From Antechinus flavipes (Eukaryota): a stretch of 64,000 nucleotides of DNA. The number at the start of each line of letters is the position of its first letter. Positions within the stretch are counted from its first letter, which is position 1. Shown piece by piece: positions 1 to 12,750 of the stretch. Location of the stretch: the NCBI RefSeq assembly GCF_016432865.1, contig NC_067399.1, positions 78,926,001 through 78,990,000 of the forward strand, in the 5' to 3' direction. Below the pieces are notes generated by a model that made no database searches, had not been told where the DNA came from, and saw only the letters and a program-made list of their open reading frames with translations. The position numbers and the translations under genes were made by a program.

Positions 1-24
1 GATTGTGGAATAATGCCTTTAAGA

Positions 25-239
25 CAGGGAATATTTTTGATGTCATGAACCTCTTTGGCAGTCTGATGAAAACCATGGATCCTAATTCTAAATAAGGCTT
101 TTTAAATATATAAAGTAAAACACATAGGATTACAAAGGAAACTAATTAAATTGCAATAAAGATATGGCTTTTTTTTGTCCCCCTCCAAGTTTACGCTCTT
201 AAATCAATTCATGGAATGACCCCAGGTTAAGAATTTCTG
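25..239. mobile_element. Non-autonomous hAT-Charlie-type DNA transposon (MITE), degenerate
   Basis: Ends in CCCCAGGTTAAGAATTTCTG (reverse complement of the CAG..TTCTTAACCTGGGG terminus); the internal AT-rich tract is shared with related copies at 2668, 12573, 27080 and 36721. Confidence 0.65.
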
Positions 240-949
240 CTATGAAGTAAGACTTTTTCAATAAGTAGGTTAGGACTATTGAACTACTTTTCTTTCTCTT
301 TTAAATTCTTTATTATGAAGGTCTCCCTGAGAGAAAGGGAGAGAAATGCATTGGGAAATATAGCTTATATAAAAACACAAGATATCAATAAAATTTATTT
401 CAAAGAGGCATGGGTCACTCTTTTGTTGGGATTTCATGGGAATGGGAGACTTGGTTTTGAGTTTTATGACTTGCCAGGCTACTCTCATGCAGAGAGTAGC
501 TTTTGGCCAGGTAGTACAAGGAAAAAAAGGAATATATAATTATCATTATTATTGCCACCAGTAAAAAAAATGCAGAAGTATGTGCATCAGCAAACATGCC
601 CCAACCTTTCTTCTAACTCCCCAGGGACAGAGAGACAGCAGTTTACATAGGTATGAAAGAACAGCAATCTGGAAAACCCTATCTACCATTATACCTTTGG
701 AGTGGGAGATGACATCAAAATACAGGGCTTGCAATTCAGTTTTCTTCGGAAGCTATTCAGAAAGGACATTTAAAGTATCTCCCTCTAGGAGCAATCATCA
801 AGGGACTCCTTGGTTTGTGTCTTTAGCAATTTTTTTTTTCCAAAACTAGAGAAAAGTGCAACTCTATAAGATAGGAGATAAGGAAGGCTTTGTAAACGCT
901 AAGCTTGGAGCTAAAAAGAGAAAAGTAAGAGACTATTTACCGAGTGGAT

Positions 950-1160
950 CCCTGACAAAAAATGTATGTAGGACACATTTTTAAGTTTAATTTGAATTAT
1001 TAAGACTTCTCTTCATCACTTTCTTAAATCTAGACAATCAACAAAAAGTAAACCAAATACTGATTTGTAGAGTTTGCCAATTTCCAAGGTGTAAATATTC
1101 ACTTGGATAATTTAATAAGCAGCTTTTTTAAGCTGGTTAAAACTGACTCTAGCACACCCC
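950..1160. mobile_element. MER63-like hAT-Blackjack DNA transposon fragment
   Basis: CTTAAATCTAGACAATCAACAAAA...TTTCCAAGGTGTAAATA...TCTAGCACACCCC, shared with copies at 5020, 14815, 22660, 23665 and 60860. Confidence 0.6.
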
Positions 1161-1829
1161 CAGGAGAAATCAAGTGAAATGAAGTTCAAGTAAAGAAGAA
1201 GTGAATGGGAAAGAAGACTTTACATGTTTCTTCTTTCTTCCAGGCACAAAGTGCTTTAATAAATTCAATCCACATACATTTATTAAGTACTTACTATGTG
1301 GTGGCCATTGAAGCTACAAAGTGAAAAATGAAACAGAAATAGTCCTTACCTCAAGGAACTCACATTAATGATAATGGAAAATAATAAAAATCATCCCGTA
1401 ATATTCTCTTATGGTATGGCAATGACCTGGATTCTCCATGCCAATGAGACACAAATGTCTACCAAAGCTTTCAGTACAAGACATGGAGATGGATTGGAAA
1501 CCAGCCTAGCAGTGTCTGCAGAGGGCTGTAGACAGGAGGGCTAGCTTCCAAGGGATGGTCTTTTCAGCCACATAATCATTAACAATGTGGAAGAATAATA
1601 TCAAGTGGATAAATCATGAGTTTTTTTTAAAGGAAAGGGGATAAAAGTAGTATTTACTCACCCCCCCGCCCAATAATATCAAAAGTCCTAAAGCTATTTG
1701 TGCTGCTAAAGGAAATGAAATGGTGTAGGTATAGGCTTTCACATTTTAGAGACTTCTAGTTGCACTGAGGTAGTCACTAGTCACATCATAGATTGTAACA
1801 CCTCTATTTCTTAGGATTCATAGTTCAGT

Positions 1830-1960
1830 TAATCAATAGACATTTATTAGCATCCATTTATTAAAGACCTACTATGTGCTAAACACTGTTCTAATCACTA
1901 AAAAATGCAAAAAGGCAAAAACCAATTTATATTTTTATGGAGTTCTCAGTTTAATAGAGG
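1830..1960 (-). mobile_element. L2 LINE 3' end fragment
   Basis: CAATAGACATTTATT...ACCTACTATGTGCTAAACACTGTTCTAA is the typical L2 3' terminus in reverse orientation. Confidence 0.6.
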
Positions 1961-2091
1961 AATAAATATATAAACAACGAATCAGTCAGTCATTAAACAT
2001 TTCTTAAATACCTACTGTGTTCTAGGTATTAAGCTAAATGATGAGAATATACCAAGAGACAAATTCCAGTTTATGGAGACATATACAGATT

Positions 2092-2330
2092 AGAGGGTTA
2101 GATCTGGAGTTGGGAAGCCTTAAATTCAAAGCTGGCTTTAGATACTTACTAGCTATGTAAACCTTGTCATATTACTTCAACACAGACTGCCTCATTTTCC
2201 TCATCTATAAAATGGAGATAATTCAAGTACTCAAGTAACCCCAGAGTTGTTGTAAGGATCAAATCAGATAACTATAAAATTCTTTGCAAAGCTTAAAATG
2301 CTATGTTAGTTATTATTATTTTAGTTTTTA
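2092..2330 (+). mobile_element. MIR (CORE-SINE)
   Basis: tRNA-derived head, CORE (CCTCATTTTCCTCATCTATAAAATGGAGATAAT), MIR tail and (TTA)n end. Confidence 0.8.
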
Positions 2331-2339
2331 TTATTCTAT

Positions 2340-2557
2340 GACCCCATTTTTGGAATTTTCTTGGCAAATATATCAAGAGTGGTTCTGCCATTTCCTTCTC
2401 CAGCTTATTTTACAGATAAGGAAACTGAGACAAATAGGGTCAAGTAACCAGCTCAGGGTCATGCCTAATAAGTATCTGAGATCAGATCTGAATTTATGAA
2501 GATGATTCTTCCTGATTCTAAGCCCAGTGCTCAATCCACTGTGTTAGCTCACTGCCC
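2340..2557 (-). mobile_element. Mar1 marsupial CORE-SINE
   Basis: TTTTCTTGGCAAA...GCCATTTCCTTCTCCAGC...TTTACAGATAAGGAAACTGAG, Mar1 tail plus CORE, reversed. Confidence 0.8.
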
Positions 2558-2667
2558 TCGGTAATTAATGAAGTGTTATCATTGTTATTATTGATAATTT
2601 ATCAAGAACTTACCATGTGCCAGAATTTGTGCTTTCCTCTCTTCTTTCAAGATATAACTCATATATC

Positions 2668-2822
2668 ATTCTTTATCTCAGGAATTTTTAACCTTTTCAT
2701 GTCATGAACTGCTTTTGTAACCTGGTGAAACCCAAGAGCCCTTTTTCCCAATAATAGTTTCAACTGCATAAGGCAAAATATATAGAATTACAAAGAAAAC
2801 CCATTATGTTGAAATGTACTTT
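2668..2822. mobile_element. hAT-Charlie-type MITE (same family as 25-239)
   Basis: CAGGAATTTTTAACCTTT start, ...TTAGATTAAAAACTCCT end. Confidence 0.55.
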
Positions 2823-3009
2823 CCAAAATTTTGAAAAATAAAATAAAAAATGAGTTCACAGATCTTAGATTAAAAACTCCTAATCTACAAGAAACCCTAT
2901 CTGATTCTTCCAAGTTCTAGAATTCTCCTCAAATTGCTTTATTTTAAATTTTGTATTTATTCTTCATTTATACGTGAGGCAAAAGTGTAATATATTTGAC
3001 ATATATGTA

Positions 3010-3222
3010 AAAGGTAGGTGAGTGGCACATAGTGTAGAACACTGTGGCTTGAAATTTCCTCAGGCAAATCACTTCACCTCTGTCTGCCTTGGTTTCCTGG
3101 GCCATAAAATGGGAGTAATAATAGCACCTAACTCACTAGGTTGTTGTGAAGACTAAATGAGATCCTAATTGCAAAGTGTCTAGCACATATTTATGATAAT
3201 ATAAATGTTAGCTATTATTATG
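3010..3222 (+). mobile_element. MIR
   Basis: GGCAAATCACTTCACCTCTGTCTGCCTTGGTTTCC...ATAAAATGGGAGTAATAATAGCACCT...GTTGTTGTGAAGACTAAATGAG. Confidence 0.75.
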
Positions 3223-5019
3223 TACACATTATCTCCATCCAAAGAACACAAGTTCTTTGAGAGAGATTGTGTCATTCTTTTTATTCATGTCCAAAATGCC
3301 TGGCTCATTATAGGCCCTGGAGAAATGCTTATTGATTGGTTGAACAATTGGTAGTTTCATCAGTTGCTATGATCAGAAGACAAATCGGAAACCAAACCCC
3401 AAGATGCCCAGTAGCTGTCCCTTTGGACCAACATTTTTAGACTTCACTGGATTGGTCCTCACAGGCCAGACCCATTATCCATCAGCAGATCCTCATCAGA
3501 AGTTTCCCCCCCCCCCCCCAGTTTGTTCAAGTTGCAAGAACTCTTGCTCTACTGGGCTATATTGCCTTTGAGAACACAGAGTCACGTCCACACCTTGGTG
3601 AAGCATTAGAGAAGGCGGTTTTAAGGAAGATCTTTCAAAGCAAACTAACCCACAGGAAAAACAAAACAAAGTTCAGTGCATTTTGTCTTCCTCTTTCTGC
3701 ACTAGCCTGGTTTGGAGTAACAAGTCAAGAAAACAAGGGCATGATTTTTTTCTATATTTTGAGTGTATAAATATCTATTCTCAGTAGAAACCAAGCATGT
3801 TCTTTTCTTAGGTTTCCTTTTTAAAAAATGTAAAATCTAATCAGGGATCTAAACTTCCCTGGAATTCGACAGCCTTTCTTTTCGTTGTCCCCATAATTAG
3901 TTTAAATTACCTCGATTTTTCAACTTCCACCCACACACTGAAAAACTCCTTACAGAGGGCTGGCGAAAAGCCTTCAGAGCCAGCTCTCCAGGGACCAGAC
4001 TCTCATTCCAGGGTGCCCTGGTTCCCTAAATTTAGATAGTAAACACCACCAGGACACCATAAAATATGTATCAAGAAAGTCACTATTTTTTCATAAAGAG
4101 AAAAGAAATAGCTCGGAACCAAAAGGATTTGGGTTGGGGGGGAGTGGTAGAGGAAAGGGGGTGGCTGCTGCTAATGGGCTTCCACCCCTGGAATGTGATT
4201 TCCCTCCTCTGAATGGCAGCTGGAGTTCCACAGCTGTTTCCCATTGCTCGGGGAGGTGTACATTCAGCCCCGGACCTCAGGAGCCAGGGGGCCTTTTCAT
4301 TATTTGTTTTCCTAAAAGATAACTTTCCCAATATAGAACTGAAATTAAAGGAGGAATTTACTGTTACAAACAGTCTACTACACAACTGTAAAAAAAGACC
4401 TGGTCTTTTGACTCCCAGAATTGTGAATATGGGCAAGATGGAGCTTATAGAAGAAAGTTGATGCAAAAAAGACCTGAGGCCTTTACTTTACTGTAAGATT
4501 AGTGGAAGTAGACATTGGGACATGGCAGCCATAAAATGGCCAACTTGATCTTACTTCAGTAGTTCAAGAATTTTTTCTTTTATTGGTGTGGATCTACCCT
4601 TAAAAATTACAACCCTCCAATACTCTGACACATGATTGTGAATAGTTGAGGCTGTAAAAATAACAAACAAATAAGCAAATAAATGAATGAATTTCTGGTT
4701 GCCATCTTCCTCCTCCCCCCACTTGTAAGTTAGTCTTTGGAAAATCAGTACAAGATTTATCTTTGGCCCTATACTTGAAGACTTTTTCCAGTTTGGTAGG
4801 ATTTGACAGAGCTTTGGAGAAGCCTTGAGTCACCTCCATGCCATGACAGAGAATCAAAAAATAAAGTGTAGAATAAAGTCAATTAATATACCCAATTCAA
4901 GTTTATGCTAGACTTTTAGAGTAGCTTCCTTTAATCCAAGATAAAGAAGAGGGAGGCTCAATGAGTTCAGTTCAGAGATGGCTTTGTAAATTCCTGGGTT
5001 GGGACTACAGAGGGAGAGG

Positions 5020-5215
5020 CAGGGATGTGTTGGTAAATGTTTTGTAAGTGAATTTCCAGGGAAAGATTAATGCACTTTTAAGTTTAACCTGAATAATTGT
5101 TGAAAATTTTTTCATTTTTCTCTATCATTTTCTTAAGTCTAGACTACCAACAAAATCACCAGTAAATCCCTGAATTGTAGCATTTGCTGATTTCCAAAAT
5201 GAAAATTTTAAATCT
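5020..5215. mobile_element. MER63-like hAT-Blackjack fragment
   Basis: CAGGGATGTGTTGGTAAATGTTT terminus and TTCTTAAGTCTAGAC core. Confidence 0.6.
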
Positions 5216-6839
5216 GTTCTCTTACACTTATGAACACGCTGTCTATAGGACTACCTATAATTAATAACAAATTGGGATACTTTAGTGAAAGAACAAGAGG
5301 TAGAATCAATAAAATATCCATAAAAAACTTTTGATAGGCCTGCCATACTCTGCTTCAGTCACATCACAGCTGGGGTTTTGTCTTCATTTATGAGAATCAT
5401 TTTAGAATGGATATTGACAACCAATGTCCAAAGGAGAATGAGCTAAGGGTGAAGGGACTGGAGAATACACTCTTAGTATTGTTCACTTGTCTCAGTTGTG
5501 TCTGCCATTTTGTGACCCTGTTTGGAGTTTTGTTGGCAATGGTTTCCCATTTCCTTCTCCAGCTCATTTTACAAGACTAAGTCTTATGAATTTTAATTAT
5601 AGAGTTGGGGAAATTTAATGTAGAGGAGAGAAGGTCTAGTAGGTACATGATTATTATCTTCAAGAGGAACTAGACAATCTGCTTGGTCACAGAGCTCAAA
5701 ACTAGGATAAAACAGTGGAAGGTATGAGAGGACTAGATATTAGCTACAAATGAGGAAAAGCTCTTATTCTCTAGGCAATTCTTTTTCATCAATGGCTTTG
5801 ATGCTTTTGGCTGATTTCTACCATGGGTCCCTGCTTTCCCTATTGGTGACTGCTTCTCTGGATCATTATTTCAGAAAAGCCCTTGCTCTTCATTCTTTCC
5901 CTCTGGCCATCTCCTCTTTTTCTCCAACCTCCTGGCCATCCCTTTCCTCCCCTATTCTTTTAAATCTGTAGCCATAACTTTGGATCAAGTCCACTACACC
6001 ATTGTTGCTAGTCTATCAATTTCCCCGTGGCTCCACTTACCATCCTATAACTTTCCTTTTCAAAAGTAAACAACAATTTGGCCATTATTCCCATTTGTAT
6101 AATTTTTTTGCCCAATTAGAATGGACATAGATAGCTTTGCTTCTGTTCATATCTTCAATGCTTAGTACGTAGAGGTTCTTAATAAATGCATATTCATTTA
6201 TTCAAGTTATCTCAAAATTGAACAAATTATTAGACATCTTCAAGTAGAGACTGAATGAGCACTCATGGGTGATATAGAGGGACTTTCAGCCATCGCTGGG
6301 TGATTATTGAGTGATCTTTGGTAATCATCCCTCTCTGCAGTTCTCAGATTGTGTAATTCTAAATCTGATATAACTGTTAATAGCACTGAGGTGCCAAGAT
6401 ACTGGTTGTGCTTGGTTACCTAATGATGGTGATTTCTCACCTCTGCTCCAGGCCTGGGTTGGATGGACAACTTAATATAGACTCTGTTACATGTCTATTC
6501 TTAATACTTCCTTCCCTTCTTGTGATAAAAGAATAATTAATGACCAGCAGTGGAGATGTTTTTCTGATAACTCTGCTCTACCTACTGATGCCAGAGCAAT
6601 TGAAGAACCAGAGCTCATGGCAGAGATTATATTATTTACATACCTGGGGGTCTCCCCATGATATTTATCATGTTCCATGTAGGGAAAAGATCCCAGATGT
6701 TTATTTAAGGGCATAATGGATATGACTCACTGGGCAGAACTTCACTGCAACCACTTGGGATCAGAATTCTCTCTGTGGTAGTCTTCACAAATTAGGACCT
6801 AGGATGAGAGAGAGGGAGAAAAGGACTAAATAAAGTATT

Positions 6840-7035
6840 CTAATTAATAATAATAACTGGTGTTTATACAGTACTTTAAAAATATTATTTTATTGAGTCC
6901 TCACAATGACTCTGAGAAGTAGGAACTATTCTTATTTTACAGTTGAGGAAACTGAGGCAAATGGAGTTTTTTTTTTAAGTAACTTTCTGAAGATCACTTA
7001 GCTAATGAGCAATTGCTCAAGATGGGATTTAAATT
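6840..7035 (-). mobile_element. MIR
   Basis: TTTTACAGTTGAGGAAACTGAGGCA CORE, reversed. Confidence 0.65.
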
Positions 7036-7371
7036 GAGGGGTTTTCTTCATATACTTTGAGAAGAGAAGAAGCAGGAGAAGAGAAAAATGCAAAATTGAT
7101 AAGGATGTTGGAAGGTGTTTCCCATGTTTGCATTCCAAATAACCTTGTCAATGAAATCATTCTTTATCCATGAAATAGCTTGTACATTTCATTGCTTACA
7201 CATTTCAGCAATTTGTATAAAAATACTTCAAATAAAAAGATTTCCTTTAATGTGAAGAAAACAAATCTGAAATGTTCCTGACTCCAGATTTAATAATCTC
7301 TCCCATTTGTCACTTAGCTGCTTCATTCCTGATTCTTATAATAGATTAATTCCCCTAAGATTTCCTGATAG

Positions 7372-7595
7372 GTGGTGCAATAGGAAGTGTTGCGTCTGGA
7401 ATCAAGAACACCTGTAGCCTCAGATACTTACTATCTAAGTGATTCTGAGCAATTAACGTAACCCTGTTTCTCAGTTTTCTCATCTGTCAAATGAGCTGGA
7501 GAAGGAAATAGCTTGCCACTCTACTATGACTGCCAAAAAAATCCCCAAATGGGATCATGAAAAATTAGACATGTCTGAAATGACTGAATAACAAC
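7372..7595 (+). mobile_element. Mar1 SINE
   Basis: GGTGGTGCAATAGGAAG head, CORE, GGAGAAGGAAATAGC...AAAAATCCCCAAATGGGATCATGA...CTGAATAACAAC tail. Confidence 0.8.
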
Positions 7596-7639
7596 TAAAG
7601 ATTTACAAGGGACTAGGGATTGATTTCTGCTTTGACACT

Positions 7640-7900
7640 AATAATAATAACTAATAATTATATTGAGCATACTGTGTGTCAGGTACCATGCTAAGCACTT
7701 TAGAAATATTATATCATTTTATCCTCATAACTGTCTGGGCAGGTAGGTGCTATTATTATCAATTTTACATTTACAGATGGGGGAACTGAAGCAAACAGAG
7801 CTTAATGGCATGTTCAGGATTATATAACTAGGAAATATTTGAATATGGATTTGAACTCAAATCTTCCTAATTCCAGATTCAGTGTTTTTTATCCACTGTT
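7640..7900 (-). mobile_element. MIR
   Basis: (AAT)n, AGGTAGGTGCTATTATTATC, TTTACAGATGGGGGAACTGAAGCA, TTTGAACTCA. Confidence 0.75.
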
Positions 7901-10388
7901 TCCCCTTATCTATAAGATAAGAAGAACAATAACCTCTCCCGCCCAGGGTTGCTGTGAGGACCAAATGAAAACATATTTTTAAAGTGCTACATACCATTAA
8001 AAAAAAAAACTCAAATGTAACTTAATTTTTGATAGTGAGGGATTTGGAAAAATGGTGAAATTCAGAGACAGAAATAACCTTGGAAATCAGATCATCCTAT
8101 CTTTTTCTTTATTCTTTCTTTTCTTTTCCTTCTTATATTTGTTTTAGGAAAATAAGAAAGGGCAATGTGCACACACAGGGTTATTCATAAATAAAAGAGC
8201 CAGGATTTAAAGCCAGATCATACCTTTAGAACAGGAAGGGACCTGGTCCAGCCTCTTCATTTTACTCACTGAGTCCCAGAGAAATAAAATGATTAACCCA
8301 AAGTCATCTACTCCAGAAATGGAGTTCCATCCCCAGGAGTTCACATTCTTAAGTTCAAGACTTTTCCTTCAAGTTCATGAAGTCTTCTGATGCCAAAATC
8401 TGTTCTTATCCCCTGCATATGTGTACAAGGATACTGCTGCTGCCGAGAAAATCCCTTTTTCTGATTAATCACAAAAATGGGTTAAACCGACATCATCAGC
8501 TGTCTAATGACTAAATGGTTGACATTCTGTATGGGAGCACGGATTCACTGAAGAATTTATTTAAACAAAATATTATCATGGCCGTTCTCATGTGATCATT
8601 CAGGCAGCAGAAGCATAAAGGATTTCCATTTTACCAAATGAGAAACTGAGGCTCATTAATTCTTAGTTATAAAGCTGGTAAGGAAACAGAGGGTGATACA
8701 GATACACCTGGAAATCAAATCACAGCTTCTTGATACCAAGACCAATATTCTTTCTCCTGTGCCACCTCTCCCTCAAAGGAGTTAGTGTGTTTTGTTCTGA
8801 AATTCAGGCCGCTGGACCAAATACATATTTAATGAATCAAATCTGAGTACATTGCCCTAGAATTGTAGAATCTAAGAGCTGAGAGAGAATGTTTTGATTG
8901 GCAAGTTTTTAGAGAAAGATGATCAAAATGGATAGCTCGGGGGTCAGTTCTGGTTTATCCACTGCTGTATGTCTCCAATTGAAAGCTGTTTTGGTTGTTC
9001 CAAACAATTCCACTTCATATTAAATAGTGCTTCAGTGCCAGGGATAAGGCTCTAGATTTTCTGTTAGGAAACGCAGGTTCAAAACCCATTTCTATCATTC
9101 ACTATATGCTTATATACTCATTTACATGATGTCTTCACTAGTAGTCGATGAGACCCTTGAGTTCAGGGACTCTCATTTCCCTTTCTTTGTATCCCTTAGC
9201 ACAGTGCCTGGCACATAGTGAATTTTTAATAAATGCTTGTGGATTCAATGACTACTTAACATGACCTTGGCAAAGTAACAACATTTTTGTGACTTACTTT
9301 CCTCATATGTACCATTACGTGTATGGTCCCTTTTAGCATAAAAATTGTGGTTTTATGCCTGTCGGAAAAAATCTAGGTAATACAGTAGAGTCCTTGGGAC
9401 TAAACCCGAATTAAAATCCTTCCTCAAATACTCACTAGATGTGTGTTTGTGAACTTGGACAAATCAACCTAACTTGGTATAGTCTCAGTGAGCTTAGCTG
9501 AAAAAATGGAGCTGTCTTCACAGCAATATGATGGAAATCAGACCAAGTTTCATGAGAAATAAGATCATAGACTCATAGACAGAAAGGACCTCATCTAATC
9601 TAATTTGCAGTTGATTATTGGACCAGATCACAGTCATGCAGTTTGTTGTTGTTTTTGTTTGTTTTGTTTTGTTTTGATCTACAAGGTCCCTTAAGGATCA
9701 TTTTTTTTTTTCTGGTTGAGGAAATAGATGCTTAGGGGGAAAAGAAACATACATTCATTAAGTGCTTACTAAATATCAGGTGCTTTACAATTATTATTTC
9801 AATTTGATCCTTTCCCCTGTTTTTATAATTGAGAAACTGATATAAAGAGAGATTACCCAGGATCACATAGCTAGTAAGTGTTTGAGGATGAATTTGAACT
9901 CAAATCTTTCTGATTCCAGAACTAATGCACTATCCATAGCATTATCCAGCTGCTTCCAGCATAAGGACTTGCTCTAGGTCACAGAGGGAGTAAGTACCAA
10001 AGTCAGGCTCCTCTGCTTGAAAGAGCCTGTGTTCTTTATACTCTATCTCACTACCTGAGTTGAATTTTAAAGGAAGAAGAGTATTTCAAAAAGTGAGGAG
10101 AGGGGAGGATCCAGGATGGTCTGCACAAATAAATGGGAATGGGAGAGAGAAGGAGCAGATTGGGGAATGTAGAGTGGTCCAGTTTGGCTGAAACCAAGAG
10201 TGCATGAAACAGAATCCTGGAAAGATGGGTTGAAGTCAGATTATGGAGGGAAATTAATGCCAGATAAGTTAATCGTAGTTTTATCCAAATGATGTTTTCT
10301 GTTAATGAAAGAAAAGGTGTATGTGGAACAACAGCTGCTGCAACCCTGTAATCCTGAGTATAAGACAAAGGTGAGGGAGCTGAGTCAT

Positions 10389-10392
<4 letters not shown>

Positions 10393-10456
<64 letters not shown>
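10393..10456. repeat. (TG)32 microsatellite
   Basis: Perfect dinucleotide tract, preceded by an AP-1 heptamer TGAGTCA at 10381-10387. Confidence 0.97.
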
Positions 10457-10458
<2 letters not shown>

Positions 10459-10707
10459 GATGTGCTCTGGACACTCCCTGAATCAGGACTCTGCCCTTGC
10501 TGCCTCCATGCAGTAAAACCTATTGGAATAGTTTTGCTCAAGTTAGATGGCAGGGTTAATGTTCCTCCCTTGTCTCTCCCTCTTGCTATTCTGATGTCTG
10601 TTGATGGGGAAGGAAGGATAAATCTTCCACCCGACAGACCAGGCAAATATCCATAACGCTAAGGCACGGCAAAAACATGGACTTAAAAAATTTCAATTTT
10701 AATGGCT

Positions 10708-11140
10708 TATTATTTTTCCAATTACAAGTAAAGATGGTTTTCAACCTTCATTTTGAGCTCCAATTTTTTTTTTCCTTCCTTCCTCTCTTACCTCCCTTCT
10801 CCCCAAGAAAACAAGCAAACTGCTATAGGCTATATATACATTTTCTAATACATTTCTATATAAGTCAATATTGGGAAAGAAAAATCAGAACAAAAGGGAA
10901 AACACAAGAAAACAACAACAAAATAAAAATAGTATTCTTTGATTCATATTCAGGCTCTAATTTTTTCTTTGGATGTGGGATAGCATTTTCCATCCAAAGT
11001 CTACTGGAATTGTCTTGGATCACTGTACTGCTGAGAAGAACTAAAACTATCATAATTGATCAACATACAATCTTGCTGTTTTTACAATGTTTTTCTGGTT
11101 CTGCTTACTTTACTTAGTATCATTTCATGTAAAATTTTCC
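10708..11140 (-). mobile_element. L1 3' UTR fragment (older marsupial L1)
   Basis: TTTCCATCCAAAGTCTACTGGAATTGTCTTGGATCACTGTACTGCTGAGAAGAACTAA...GATCAACATACAAT, a reversed marsupial L1 3' end. Confidence 0.8.
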
Positions 11141-12051
11141 AGAAAGCATGGACTTTTTGAAAAATGACTTGGGGGCAGAGCTAGAAGGTGAGTCCTAGAT
11201 CTCAGCTACTGATTACTCCTTCCAGCCCTGTCCCCCACTCCAAACATTATATTGGATTTTATACCTAACATATCACATTATTGATTCATATTGAGTTAAT
11301 GGGGAAAAACACTCAGAACTTTTGTATGTGGATGATTCCCTATTTTATCTCCCCCATGCCCTACTCATAAAGTTGATTCTTTGAACCTAAATAAACACTT
11401 TACATTTGTAGATATAAGGAGTGGGGTTCAGGTGTCTAAATTGATTAAATTACCTCCATCTTGCCTGAAGCAAAAGGTAAACTGCTTTATTCCAGGATCC
11501 TTACTGGTGAGAAATGAGTCTCAATTGAATCAAATTAATTGGAGGCATTCCAACTAAGTGGTAAAAGATCTTGATAAATTTAGATGTTTCCGATTTGCCA
11601 CTGGGCAAACTAAAAGTGATTTTGCTTGAGAAGAATATTGGAAAAAGGTGAAGAAGCTTGGTCAGACCCAAAGAGTCATCTATACAACATTCATTATCAA
11701 GTGAGATAACATATGAACAATACTTTTCAAACCTTAAAGCCTTATATTATTATTATTATTATTATAAAGTTATTCTCGGTTTCAGAGAGATTCAGAATCA
11801 TTCATGCTTTCTAAAGTTAATTAGGTCTTGTTGACTAATTGAAAACCTCCTATAATCATGGAAGGAACCACAAGGATGGGGGCTCATTAATAATAACATT
11901 AGAAGATTCTCCCTCACAACCAATCAGGTTGACCCTCCCCTCCCGAGATCTAAGGGCATATAGTAACTACAATGAAGATCTGATCTTCTGTGTATGTGGG
12001 AGCTGGGATAACAACCCCCAGAGTTTGTATTCGATAATAAGATGACGTCAC

Positions 12052-12238
12052 TAGGGGTCCTCAAACTTTTTAAAGAGGGGGCCAGTTCACTGTTCCTCAG
12101 ACTGTTGGAGGGCCAGACTATAGTAAAAACAAAAACTTTGTTTTGTGGGTCTTTAAATAAAGAAATTTCATAGCCCTGGGTGAGGGGGATAATCGTCCTC
12201 AGCTGCCGCATCTGGGGGTTGTAGTTTGAGGACCCCTG
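12052..12238. mobile_element. OC1 (OposCharlie1)-type non-autonomous hAT MITE, full length, 187 bp
   Basis: 16-bp TIRs TAGGGGTCCTCAAACT (12052-12067) and AGTTTGAGGACCCCTG (12223-12238), 15/16 match; internal GGGGCCAGTTCACTG..CAGACTGTTGGAGGGCCAGACTATAGT typical of OC1 MITEs; no 8-bp TSD seen. Confidence 0.85.
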
Positions 12239-12379
12239 CTTGCTTAAACCATTGCCCCCAGGAAATTGAGCACAGAACTCCAGACTCAGTTTGTTCCAAA
12301 CAAAGCAGGACTGTAACCTCCTTCATTCTAGATACCATACTAATAAAAATTAGTATAGTGTAACAAAACCTTCACTTTT

Positions 12380-12570
12380 GGGCTTGCCATATGTTGACTG
12401 ATAATGAGCTTACATTCTACCAAAACCTTTGAATTTTTTTATGTCAACCTGTGTTTTTATTCCCCCTATCTGCCATCATCTCTTTAATTCTAGGTAACTA
12501 AGCCCAAAGGGTAGTACTTGACTCAACTTTATTAAATTTCATCTTATTCAATTAAGCCCCATAATTTTAG
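12380..12570 (-). mobile_element. CR1/L3 fragment
   Basis: TTGACTGATAATGAGCTTAC...TTTATTAAATTTCATCTTATT resembles the reversed CR1 ORF2. Confidence 0.5.
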
Positions 12571-12572
12571 CT

Positions 12573-12750
12573 GAGAAATTCTTAACCTAGGGTCCATGAA
12601 TTAAAAAAAATACACATATTGATAACTATATTTCACTCTAATTGGTTTCTTTTGTAATTCTATGTATTTCATTTTATGTATTTAAGAGTTCTATAGCCTT
12701 CCCCAGATTGCCAAAAGGGTCCATGATATAAAAAAGTTACAAAACCCCTG
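12573..12750. mobile_element. hAT-Charlie-type MITE
   Basis: GAGAAATTCTTAACCTAGGGTCCATG ... GGGTCCATGATATAAAAAAGTTACAAAACCCCTG termini. Confidence 0.7.

Noticed and set aside
625-650. Possible 26-nt microexon (CCCCAG|...ATAG|GTATGA)
   Set aside because: Peptide not recognisable, no partner exons, and such signals are expected by chance.
4083-4466. 127-aa ORF (-) and overlapping ORFs
   Set aside because: No recognisable domain, non-ATG-dependent calls and no splice support. A 74-nt + strand exon-like piece (4419-4492, NCEYGQDGAYRRKLMQKRPEAFTL) has only a weak donor and no recognisable homology.
6645-6665. ATACCTGGGGGTCTCCCCATGAT, superficially like the U1 snRNA 5' end
   Set aside because: Similarity is too short; no U1 stem-loops or Sm site follow.
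10302-10656. ORFs with HT and CV repeats
   Set aside because: Translation of the (TG)32 microsatellite.
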